Shown: one piece after another, positions 1 through 10,199 of the stretch
Numbering within the stretch: the first letter of the stretch is position 1
Layout: each line of letters begins with the position of its first letter
Assembly (NCBI RefSeq): GCF_000143415.4
Contig: NW_003314293.1
Location: forward strand, 1,806,774 to 1,840,579
Direction: 5' to 3'
Length of the DNA: 33,806 bases
DNA from: Selaginella moellendorffii
Lineage: Eukaryota > Plantae > Lycopodiophyta
The notes under the pieces: model-generated
Database searches by the model: none
What the model was told of the DNA's origin: nothing
The model's input: the letters and a program-made list of their open reading frames with translations, nothing else
Position numbers and translations under genes: made by a program

Positions 1-847
1 TGAGGAACACACGCTTTGGGCTTTCACCCCAAGCCTCCCTTAGTACCAGGAGTTAGTCTCTGGGACAAGCTCAAAACTTACTAAATATGGAATGTCCTTA
101 GATTGCGAATTTGGACATGGGACGAACACCGATCTCTACATTCCGTAGATATGCCAAATGAGTGAATCTAGACATTTTCCATAAATAACATTTGGGACTA
201 ACACAAAGGGCATGATAGCAGGGGTGTTTGGCAAATATGGTAACCTATCATCTAGCGAATATTGAGGGATTAGTCTCAATATCACGGGGTTCCCAGCACT
301 AGCAAGTGCAAGCCAACATCATGAGTTTCTCGTCACCGTGTCAAGTATGCTTGACTTAATGACAACTTAAGATTTCCTTCCTTAGTGCCCTTGCAGTCTA
401 AGTGCACATGTGCTGACCAGTTTCTCAACTAGCTTGGGCAGAGACCATAAAAAGAACCAGCAGTACCAACCTCCTGCCATTGTGGCAGTAAGAAGAGAGT
501 TTCCGTAAGGACTGGCCGACAAGTATCTTTCGATACCCGAAGTCACATTTGTGACAGCCACGTTGCTCGCTTCACTTTCTTCTTCTCACGTTTGGTCTTC
601 CTCTTGCTGAAGGCATCATGTTCCTAGAACTTAAGTATGCCATTTGACTGTTAATCCCGTGAGTGCTCTGTTTCTGGCTCTCTGAGTCTCACATCAACTG
701 TTGGTATTGGCGTGACATCCACCTTGCCACCTTGCTCTTGAGCCCATGTGTCAAAGAGATCTGCTTACTGTGTGGCTACTGCCGTTGTGATTAATTCCTA
801 AGCTTTGCATAGTGCAGATCCCAACATGAGGTCCTCTCCCAAAGGAT

Positions 848-2461
848 TCAGGTTAGTTCTCTAATTGTGCACATCAAAGTTGACTGAAGTTCTTTGTGTA
901 CTGGAAGCGGAGACCTTTGGATCCTTTCCTCAAAGTGGCAAGGGTCCCAGACCAACATCCCTGCCTCATCAAATCTCAGAAGTGGAGAGGGGAGCAACAC
1001 CTTCTGCCCCTCCTGAGGTGCTGTGGGAGAGTCTAAGTCTGATTTCCTCACTTGTTGCAAGTGTGCAAGGTCCACCTAGCATGCTTCTTCTTGCACTCTT
1101 GCATGTACTGGATCAAGGATGAGCCCAGCCTCGTTTGCAGGCATCTTTGGGTGGTACAAGGCGTTCCCACCAGCTGGGCGTGAGCTTGACACATTCCCAT
1201 GAGCAGGGAGTGTGCCAGCTGCCCAGTCCTTGCGAGTCTTGAGGTTCTCTGTTAGAATTCCAAGAGCTGCTCAACGTGCATCCCACAATGAGACGTTCTC
1301 CATGTCTTCCACGTCATCCAGTTGGTGAGTTAGTTGCAAGACTTTCTATTGGATTCACTGTGTTGACTCATGATGCATCTGTTTCATGAACCTCTCACTG
1401 TTCCAAAATACTATACCACCACCTACAAGTTTTAGCAAGAGCAAGTGTAGACAATCTACACTGTCTCCAACCTGCCTCGAGTCGGTGTAGAGCCTTGCCA
1501 TTGGGGGTTGTGAGCTAGATCGGGGCCTTACACTTGAGGACCAAGTTGGTGAAGATGGGCATGAAGCCCTATGCTTGTTCATAAGGTTTGACAAGCATCT
1601 GTGGGCAAACTTTAGTGTCCGGAGTGGCTGTTCCTTGCTCAGGGCCATGCCTGAACGGTCGGTCTCCTTGGAGATCTCCTAGATTGGTTGTGACTCTAAG
1701 CGAGGGATTATGGACTCACCTTCTAGTGAGGCTTCCATGTTGATTTTGCAGGACAGAAGTGCATCCATGCTAGGGCTTTGTTCCTCTATGTTCTTGGCCG
1801 TTCTGGGTGGGGCAGACTTGAGTTCTCCTGTCCCACACCCTAGCTCTGCTGCTGCTGCACGTGATGCTGCTCTGGTGGTGACTCCTGACCTAACCCTGGT
1901 GTGCTGCTCCTGTGCTTCTGTGAGACATCCATCCCTACGAATCCCCTCAACTGCAAAAGTGCTTAGGATGATTCCCCACAAGCCTTCCTAACTTGTGACT
2001 GGCCTGAGACTCTCATCAAGCTCCCATACTCCAGCTAGTGACCAGGCAAGTGGGTGAGGGGAGGTAGCTTCATCCTCTCCTCCACTCTCAATAGACACTT
2101 CACCTCTGGTGTGGCTTACACTTCCAGCTTTTTTTAGGACTTGGCCATCCCCCAACTTAGAAACGTCCACCACATCTATCTCACGGTTTTCATCTTGCTG
2201 AGTTGCTACTTTGCATGGCTCACTTGCTGCCTTATGCAACAGTGTTCTGGCTGTTGATACAGAGGCCCCTTTCCTGTCCTAGCTTGCTGCCATGCGTGTT
2301 CCAGGACCCCGACCTTGTAGCAGTCCTCCTTGTGGGAGCCGAATGCTAAGGCCCCTACCTCGCACTCCACGACCTTGAGAGCTTAGATTGATGGGTGTGG
2401 ATGCTGTGACTCCCTTGTAGTTGTTCTCCATGCTGCTGGCAAGAGAGTGAGTACACAGCAA
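848..2461 (-). pseudogene. Degenerate long reading frame of unknown, probably transposon-derived, protein
   Basis: Five ORF-track segments (2279-2461, 1988-2239, 1679-1981, 1355-1648, 848-1075) lie in the same minus-strand frame; the first four are separated by single stops. No domain recognised. Confidence 0.35.
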
Positions 2462-2661
2462 AAGCCAAAAAAGGGAACAATGCTTCCTTGAATCTCATGG
2501 CGGATGCCCCCATTGATAGTAGCAAGTGCGGGGAGATTGCACGCTCTCCCCTGTGCACTCTTCTACCTCTGGCTGCACTTTCGATCATGGCAGCCATGGT
2601 ACTGGGTGCCTTCCACCACTACCTCCCCAAAATTCGTCTAATATTAGGGTTCAAACACTAA

Positions 2662-3830
2662 GTAAGTTTGCAAAACTCATGGAGTTTGGGGGGTTTTTTA
2701 TTGAGCACGTATGGGGAAATTGAATGTGGTGACCAATGTTTTATCTGATGTTCATTATGTGATAGAGCTACATATACAATTTTGTCATCATTTGAGGAAA
2801 ATGGCTAGCAAATTTGGGCCACTTAGTTGAGCATCCTCAGGTTCAAGATGTTGAGGTGGTCTCTTTGTGAGCCCAAATGAAAGCCCCTTTCTCATTAGTA
2901 GATGGAATTTTCTACTACAATGGCTATAGATATTTACTTGTAAGCTCCACTTCACTCAGCCTAGTATTATTCAAACTCAAGGACGTTTAGCTCTAAGTAT
3001 CCCAAGACCTTTAACCGATTGGAAAAGGGGGTGCACTCTTATTCATGGGCTCTTTCCATATTTGAACCCTTATGGATCGTCTTTCAAGTTGTTCCCTTTG
3101 GTTGTTTATATTATTATAGATGGATATATTAATTAATCAGGTTTAATTCCATTATTATAATTGTCTAGAGGCTGGCCATTTTGGGGGGAAAGACACATGA
3201 GCTGATTAAGTGTTATGAAGGTTAATATCCTTAGGTATTGCAAATCATATAATCTTTATTAGTAAGTAAAAGTGCAACATGAGAAGTTGAAGGGACTTTT
3301 ACACCTTTTGCCTATTCCTTAGAGTTGGTATAGTATTTCTATGGACTTCATCACTTTTTTGCCACGAACATAAAGACAAAAGGAGTAAGTATAGGTTATA
3401 ATGGATTAAGTGACAAAGTATGTGTGATTATTAGCTCTTTAGAAAATTGTTACTACCTTAAATTTAGTTGCAGGTTACTTGGAAAAAACTTTTTTGAATT
3501 ATAGGACAAGTGATTGATAATTAAAATTCACTAGTGGATTTTAGAAGAGCTTTGTGAAAGTTATACAAGTGACTTTGAAACTATTGAGTGGAGATCATCC
3601 TCAAATAGGTAGCAAGTTGGGCATATGAATCAAGTGGTGGAGGATATGCTTGCTATAACATTCGTTAAAGCAAAGATAATGGGATTTATATCTTATATTG
3701 ATGCAATCCATTACAATAATAACCAATATAGTGGAATTAAACTAAGTCTTTACTTTGCCATATTTGGGAGACATCTTCAATCAACATTGGAGTTAGGATT
3801 GCATTTAAGCAAGGATATTGTAGCATATAT
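2662..3830 (+). mobile_element. Decayed Ty3/gypsy pol fragment (RNase H end to integrase core), element C family
   Basis: Colinear with element C pol: KLMEFGxFxIEH, APFSLVDGIxYYNG, EAGHFGG, LLSGDHPQ, NQVVEDML. Many stops and frameshifts. Confidence 0.9.
2939..3110 (+). mobile_element. 172-bp solo LTR of a small (TRIM-like) element inserted in the old pol fragment
   Basis: Absent from the homologous site of element C. Begins TGTAAGC and ends GTTTATA (decayed GCTTACA). Flanked by near-identical 5-mers TTACT/TTATT (TSD). A related copy lies at 4062-4170. Confidence 0.75.
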
Positions 3831-4061
3831 AGTTTTCACCATTTATGATTTACTATAAGATAACCCACGTATCTAAGGGCAATGGAGTGAAACCCATATT
3901 TCAAGGCCTTAAGCCACTAACTGAAATGACAGAGCCAAACTCCTAAACATACAGCTAAAGAGTAAATGAATCAAAGCACAAAACAACTCTTGAGTGTTTA
4001 TCCCAATGAGTAAAAGGACAAAAGCACAAAGTAACATAGGAACAATTCTAAAGCATCCAAT

Positions 4062-4170
4062 TGTAAGCAACTAAAAAGAACAATTCAAAAGATGATCTAT
4101 AGAGCCCATGAATAAGGGATAGTTGGGGTTAAGTGTGCTTAGGTTTAAGTAATATTAGGTTGGGCGACCT
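4062..4170 (-). mobile_element. Second, partly deleted copy of the same short LTR, inverted
   Basis: Reverse complement shares CCTAxTATTAxTxAAAC, TTATTCATGGGCTCT and the 3' end TTGTTCxxTTTxGTTGCTTACA with 2939-3110. Confidence 0.65.
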
Positions 4171-4364
4171 CCATAAAAATAATGCTTAAACACCCCCATC
4201 ATCAACCAATTAAATGTGGTGTAAATAACCAAAGAGTATTTGACTCTAAAAACAATTTATAAAAGTTTAAATATAAAGAAAAAGGGCCTAAAAACAAGAG
4301 TGCTAGGATATTTATAGTTAAATGTCTTTAGGTTTAGGAAGTCCATGTAGCATCAACATTTTAT

Positions 4365-5519
4365 CCTTTACTATCTTTTTATTTTTAAGCTATAGACAAT
4401 TAATCTTGTAATGTTTAAGTTCACCACAAAGATGACAACTTTGTCTATAATTTTTTATAAAAAATTTTTACTTCTTTTTTACATCCAAAGTAGTCACCAC
4501 AAACTTTAAATTATGATGTTTATTCCTATCCTTATGTCCACAATGATCATCATGATAATTCTCAATAGCTTGAATGTTTGCAAGATTTGTGCTTATCATT
4601 ATCAAGTTGACGAGCCACATTAAAAAGCTCTTCCAAATTCTTTATAGGTTGAAAATGACACAAGTGCTACCATATGCTCTTATTGTGAAGGCCATTAATG
4701 AAGTAAGATTTATTTTAATTTGGATTTTCATTAAAACATAGCTAATCAAGTAAGTAAACTTTTCAATATAATCTCTGAGTATCATTTTTCCTTACTGGAA
4801 ATGTCAAAGTTCTATATAAGGATTCTCCATGTTATAGTAAAATGTAAATGTAAATTCATCTATATTAGACATTAATGGTTTTTTATCCGTAACATAAGAC
4901 TCCTCAAACCAAATCCACAATAAAAACTCTACACATAAAATTACTAGAATAGCCACTAAAGCTTTTGCATCTAGAGTTCTTCTAGCAGCCAAAAATTTCT
5001 TCACATTAACTAGCCAAACCAAACACTTGTCCATGCCACCATTACTAGAAAAAGTTGGAATCTTAAGTTGATCCACCAAAGAAGTCTTATTTGGAGTACA
5101 ACCACGTGCAACCTCGAGTGCCTCAACATGATAAGCATCATGTTATACATCTCGTCTTATATGGAGTTTTTGATTTTGATTAAAGGCTTGTAACTCATGA
5201 ATAACATATAGATAATTTAAACCTTTGCACCTCTATTAACACCATCATTGGCACCACCATCAACATTAAGATTTGAATGTTCCATCTTCGTTAACCATCA
5301 CAATCAACTCTTTTAATACCAATGTTATAACTTAAAGACAAAAAGTTTCACTATACTACACCTCTTTTAAGATTCTTTACCCCTAAAATTACTTCAAAAA
5401 CTCCACTATGCTACTAGAGTCCTTAGGATAAATTTACTTTTACTTTTAAGTCTATGCGTTAATATTTCAAACTTCTCTTTGACCCACGTTGACCACGGAG
5501 TCAAAGTTGGTGCTTAACA
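4365..5519 (-). mobile_element. Old 5' portion of a C-family element: 5' LTR (5323-5519), decayed PBS and gag
   Basis: LTR TGTTAT...GGTGCTTAACA is homologous to 19030-19262. TAATACCAA is a decayed TGATACCAA PBS. Gag peptide VDQLKIPTFSSNGGMDKCLVWL matches C gag VDRLKIPTFSGDGGVDECLAWL. Confidence 0.9.
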
Positions 5520-5530
5520 ATCATGCATTA

Positions 5531-5640
5531 GAGCATATGAATTTGTTTTAATTTTTCTCTTGTTGCTGCCTTCTAGGCTGTATTTTTCTTTGGAATTTCG
5601 TATTTGTTGGAATACATAGCCATATTAGTGTTTTCGTGTA
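5531..5640 (+). repeat. Diverged direct repeat, copy 1 (copy 2 at 8141-8277)
   Basis: GAGCxTATGAAT...TTTTTCTCTTGTTG...CTTTGGAATTTCGTATTT(T)GTTGGAATACAT...TATTAGTGTTTTxGTGTA occurs at both sites, with one internal indel of about 20-25 bp. Confidence 0.85.
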
Positions 5641-5641
5641 A

Positions 5642-6600
5642 GAGGATCAATGAGGCGTTCGATCAAAGCCAGGGAAAGAATGTGGTGTCCTGGAATGTAG
5701 TTCTAGCGGCATATGCCCAGGCAGGACTGGATGTTGGGGTGTTGGAGCTCTTGGATTCGATTGATGTGGAGCTGAATGTGCTCATCTGTGTGCCACTCTC
5801 TGGGATCTTGCTGTAGGGCTGCGGCTCCACGATTGCCCAGGAGCTGGAATCCGAGAGCACGGCCGTTATTGGTTGATCAGCGCTAGCATGCATGCGCCAG
5901 TGTGGGAGCTGGGGTCGCGCAAAGCGTCCTAAGGAAGGACAATCTGGGGAACGCAATGATTTCCCCGGCTTTGCAGTTCAATTGGCTGGATCTGGTGCTG
6001 GATCTCCTCTCTCCTGGAGACGGTGCACATTCACGCTTGCGGAGATCTTCAAGCTCATGGAATTTGGCGGCAAGGCTGTACTTCCACCCTGATCGATGGG
6101 ATGATGACGGAGGCCAGGGCGCGGATTGATGGACGATGCCATTCGATCGAGCCGAGAGACTTTCTTCTCTGTCAACTCACCACTCGTTGTAATGTTTTCA
6201 TATCGAGATCACTCTTTTTTGTCCTCAATCGCAAACAGCCGGTCTATTTCCCCGAATGTTTCTCTGACCTGGAGATTTGAAGCCGCCGGGCACTATCTAT
6301 CTAGGCGGAGATCAACAACAGAATGATGCCACGGAATGCACTCCAACCTGTTGCATTGAAGTGCAACTTAAGCATAGCAACGCCACCATTATGCCGAGAG
6401 TGGAGACTGTGAAGTGGTCGGACGTCGAGGGCCTTGCTCCGAATTGAGTGACTTATCTGGCAGCGATCAAAGCGCTTGAGGAAAGCTTGTCAAGCTCCGA
6501 GCTGTGAGGAGCGGACATATTCGTGGCCAGCTGCTCTGGAATCTGGAACACTTTGAGATGGTAATCTGGATGTAATTTGAGCTGGTCTGCATCTACTAGA
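5642..6600 (+). pseudogene. PLS-class pentatricopeptide-repeat (PPR) gene remnant
   Basis: RINEAFDQSQGKNVVSWNVVLAAYAQAG...VLELLDSIDVE resembles the plant PPR motif (FD.M..+NVVSWN.M+AAYAQ.G...AL.LF..M). Downstream frames are broken and the 3' limit is uncertain. Confidence 0.6.
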
Positions 6601-6671
6601 GAAGCAAGAGAAATATAGACTTCCACATTGATTAAAAAACCGCGTGCCCTAATAGGACAAAAACGTATCTT

Positions 6672-7750
6672 CTATTTATAATAGTTTATTCTTCTTCCAA
6701 ACAAGCCTTGTATCGATCTGTTGTTATCACCCTGTACACAGAATGTTAGAAGCTGTATAGCGCATGAATTAATTCTTACATTGAGGGCATTCATCAAAAG
6801 CCGGTACTGGGTTTTCGAGATCGTTCGTGGCTGCAACATCAGAACCATGGTCAGCGGAAAAGAAACAAAAGATTAAGGAAATAATTTGTTTACTCTTCTC
6901 AACACGCTCCATGTCACTTGCTCGGTGCAGGGCGGTGATGTCAGTGATCCAACATATCTGAAGAATCGCTTGCCTCCAACATTGAGCAGCGAGGGATCCA
7001 CCACTTGAACATCTTGCTCGCCACTCAGCTCAGGTAGAAAATGCTCAACCTTACAAAAAACGACAGTGAAAAAAACTCTCAGAAATCACAAAGAAAACCC
7101 AGATCTCTATTTACCTGATCGATAAAAGGGTCGTCCTCGGATCCAATCGTGTACATGACGGCGACGACTGCAAGCCTGTTGTCTTCACTCCTGTGGACGA
7201 GATGCCCCTCGACTGCGAGATGCTTCCCATTCACAGTGTGCTCGCTGGGAGCATGGATATGATACTCGCTCACCCTGTACAAGGTGCCATCGATGATGAG
7301 CGATCCCGATGAAGAATCGCCAAACTCGAGCTATTGCACAAACAGAGAAGAAAAACGAGGGGCCCGAGCCATGATTAGATGGAGATCTTTCGGAGATGAG
7401 ATGGATTCAGGAGATACATACTGCTATGTCGTGGTCGAGATTGGTGAGAGTGGCATTCGTTGGTTTGTATCTCGTCTGGAGCAGCTTCAAAGAGCACACT
7501 GGTTGGAGCTCCTCGGATTGAATGTCCACCGGAGATTGCATTCTGCCGCTGCTGCAAGCCCTCCATTCTTGTCTCAAGTTTCCCCAGTTTGCCTGGCCTC
7601 GAGTCCCATTCGAGTAGTCATACTCCTCGGCTAAGAAAAGAAAACAAGATATGATCGATTGATTTCGCTTGAAAACTATATACCTGCTTGTGCGATGATC
7701 ATGGCTTGTGCAAAAACGAACAGCAATAGTATGAGATTGGTTCTCTCCAT
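6672..7750 (-). CDS. Secreted alpha-carbonic anhydrase, 252 aa, 6 exons: 7750-7684, 7630-7422, 7330-7115, 7049-6894, 6830-6780, 6731-6672
   Basis: Manual splicing at GT-AG introns (53, 91, 65, 63, 48 nt) gives an uninterrupted 759-nt CDS. Signal-peptide-like MERTNLILLLFVFAQAMIIAQA; WGNLRQEWRACSSGRMQSPVDI; Zn-ligand motifs YHIHAPSEH and EGHLVH; YVGSLTSPPCTEQVTW; C-terminal NNRSIQGLFGR. Confidence 0.95.
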
Positions 7751-8140
7751 CTCTCCTCGTCTCAAATCTACACCTGGTTTCGTTTGAGACGCAAGAAAGA
7801 AAGAAAAATATAGAGTAGCTGCTTCCTCCTCGAGTGATTTGCTTCCCTGGGTCCCCAGAACGGTCCTTAAAAATATAAAGGCGACGTGGGAAGCTACTCA
7901 GCAGATGGATACAAAGTCTCGAATAAACTGCCGCTGTTCTGGACTAGATCTAGGAAATGCCAATAGGAATTTGGCCCTACCATCACGAACGCTCCATGTT
8001 TCGTCGGCCAAGTTTCTTTCGTGCCCAAGAAAAGGCCTCGATTGCAACATACAGGAACGTCCCCAAGCCGTTTCCACGTCCTGGAGAAAGTGGAAGGGCC
8101 TGCTCAGTCAATAGTGACTGTTGACTTTGGTCGTGCACGA

Positions 8141-8277
8141 GAGCGTATGAATGTGCTTTATTTTTTCTCTTGTTGTGACCTTCTGGACTGTGCCGCCAAA
8201 TAGGGAGAAACCATATTCTTCCTTTGGAATTTCGTATTTTGTTGGAATACATCCCTGCCTATTAGTGTTTTTGTGTA
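8141..8277 (+). repeat. Diverged direct repeat, copy 2 (copy 1 at 5531-5640)
   Basis: Direct visual alignment with 5531-5640. Confidence 0.85.
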
Positions 8278-8475
8278 GGCAGTAGCTTCTCTGCTTCAGA
8301 AAAGATGGGCCGGTTTGGAGAAATCAAACGCGGCATCTGGCTATAGAGAGAACGTTCCATTCTAAAACTTTATGTGTCACGAGGAATTTTATTCTGGATG
8401 ATGATGTCAGGTGACAAACATAAACAGTTTGGTATTTTCCTTATGCTTAAAACAATTCTTGTAAATGTAACAAAT

Positions 8476-8528
8476 GGGGCATTCCGGGAATTGAACTCGG
8501 GACCTCTCACACCCTAAGCGAAATGCCC
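8476..8528 (-). pseudogene. tRNA-Pro(AGG) pseudogene lacking the D-arm
   Basis: Minus strand reads GGGCATTT-CGCTTAGGGTGTGAGAGGTCCCGAGTTCAATTCCCGGAATGCCCC. This has the plant tRNA-Pro acceptor stem, AGG anticodon loop and T-arm, but about 19 nt spanning the D-arm/A-box are missing. Confidence 0.85.
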
Positions 8529-8764
8529 ATTAACACTTTAGTCAACGAAACTTCCATGTTCTTCCATGATCCGCGAAAGAAATTTTTTGAACGAATGTGA
8601 ATGTTTCTGATTGAAAAAAAAAGCATCAGCATCAGAAGCTTGTGGGTTTTCTTCCTGGGCGTTGGGTATGGAATTCCATACTATAGGATAGGTTTTCATA
8701 TCGTTTCTTCCTCTTGTTCTCCATGTGATTCACTCATTAATGGATCACTGGTTTCCCATCCTAG

Positions 8765-9372
8765 AGAACCGATCTGGGCAGATTCAGCAATGCCAGCAGC
8801 AATCGCCGCGACCTCACGTCCTCAGACGAGCCCCGGCGCCTGTTCAAGCTCGTTCATCCGGATCTCTTCCACAGTTACCCGCAGCACCATGCGCAATCGA
8901 GACTCCAATCGCTCCAATCGTCACTGGTAGGAGATCAATCAGCGCTCCTTCCAGCTCCTGCAGGACTACCTCCGTGTCGCCAAGGGCGGCCAGGTGAATC
9001 GCTCGGTCAATGAGTACAAGCTCGAATTCTACGTCTGGCGTGAGCGAGAATCCAAGAATGAGGAGGAGGAATTGATCATGAAGGTGGACTTGCCACCGCC
9101 ACAGGCAACGCTGCCTGGATGAGATGCTATCGGCGCTGGGCTTGCTGCTCCCCTCGTTTGGACTCTCACCGGAGTTCTCTGGGAGCCTCACGGGCGATGG
9201 CGAGATCCTCTCCAAGAGCACTGACGATGAAGCTCTCGGAGCTCCAGCGGCAGAAGGGCAGGAGCAGCGGATGATACGCGCTCTCTCACAAACTTACCCT
9301 AAAACTTGGTTTGGGATTGAGGCTGGTTTCCAGGCACACCTCTTTCGGAAGCATCGTCTGTGGCAAAGCTGA
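8765..9372 (+). pseudogene. DUF4460 / TCAIM-like gene fragment, probably pseudogene
   Basis: Joining 8765-8890 to 8931 onward gives RRLFKLVHPDLFHSYPQHH|EINQRSFQLLQDYL...YKLEFYVW, resembling the DUF4460 signature (VHPDxF...P...E+NE.SL..L..YL) as I recall it. A frameshift near 9120 precedes ALGLLLPSFGL. No start exon identified. Confidence 0.65.
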
Positions 9373-10199
9373 GACAGTTCACGGCTGCGGCGGTGACCAC
9401 AATGGTGCAAAGAAAGCCATTGATGCCCATAGAAGTCTGAGGCATTATACAAAGTGGTGATCAAAAGCTGCGCTAGAAGCCAAGTGGAAAGGTCAAAGCT
9501 GAAGAATCAATGCTCTCCCTTTCATGCTATGTAAAGAGTGTTAAGAGAATCTCTAATGTCCAGGAGTCCTATTAAAAAGGCACTGAAGTTGTGAGAAAGC
9601 TGCAAAGTGTTTGTGTCTAGCACCTTTGTCGCTGTGAAGCCGTCGAATAAATGAGGTGCTTTGATTGACTGTGGATGGCCATGGTCTAGAGTTGAGTTTG
9701 GCTGAAAAAAGTCATTGCTCCAAGTCCAAGTAGGAAAAACATGCTGGAATCTTGCAAATGCCACCTTGTAGAATCTGCTTTATGAGTGGAGAATTACAAA
9801 ATCACTTTTACAATGATCTTGTAAATTCTCTCTAATCTAAACTAAATCCAAACATAAAAAGGAAAGAAATACTTAGCTATGTTATTGCAAAGATGTTGAT
9901 GCTAAGATTGATGTGCATCTCACAGCCTTGATCCCCAAAAGGCAGTGAGTAAAATAAGCATGGAAGAGAAGAGTAAATGTTGAGCAAGTGGAGTGTATGT
10001 TATTATGGCCAAGGATATAAAAAGACAGAAAGGGGATAGGTCTGGTGTAATATCACCAGCTTATATAACCATTGCATGCCTAATCATCCAAGTCAGGAAT
10101 TTAGACCGAGAGAAATCCTGATCTCAATTCTTAACTCAGGAAATGCCTTTGTGCGAAAATCACAATGCAAAATGCATGTACCTCTCTACTCTCCGACAA

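Noticed and set aside
2644-2650. Telomere-like TTAGGGT
   Set aside because: Single unit, expected by chance.
7284-7654. Plus-strand ORFs overlapping the CA gene
   Set aside because: Antisense to well-supported carbonic anhydrase exons; no motifs.
8844-9221. 125-aa minus-strand ORF as a gene
   Set aside because: It is the antisense shadow of the plus-strand DUF4460-like frame.
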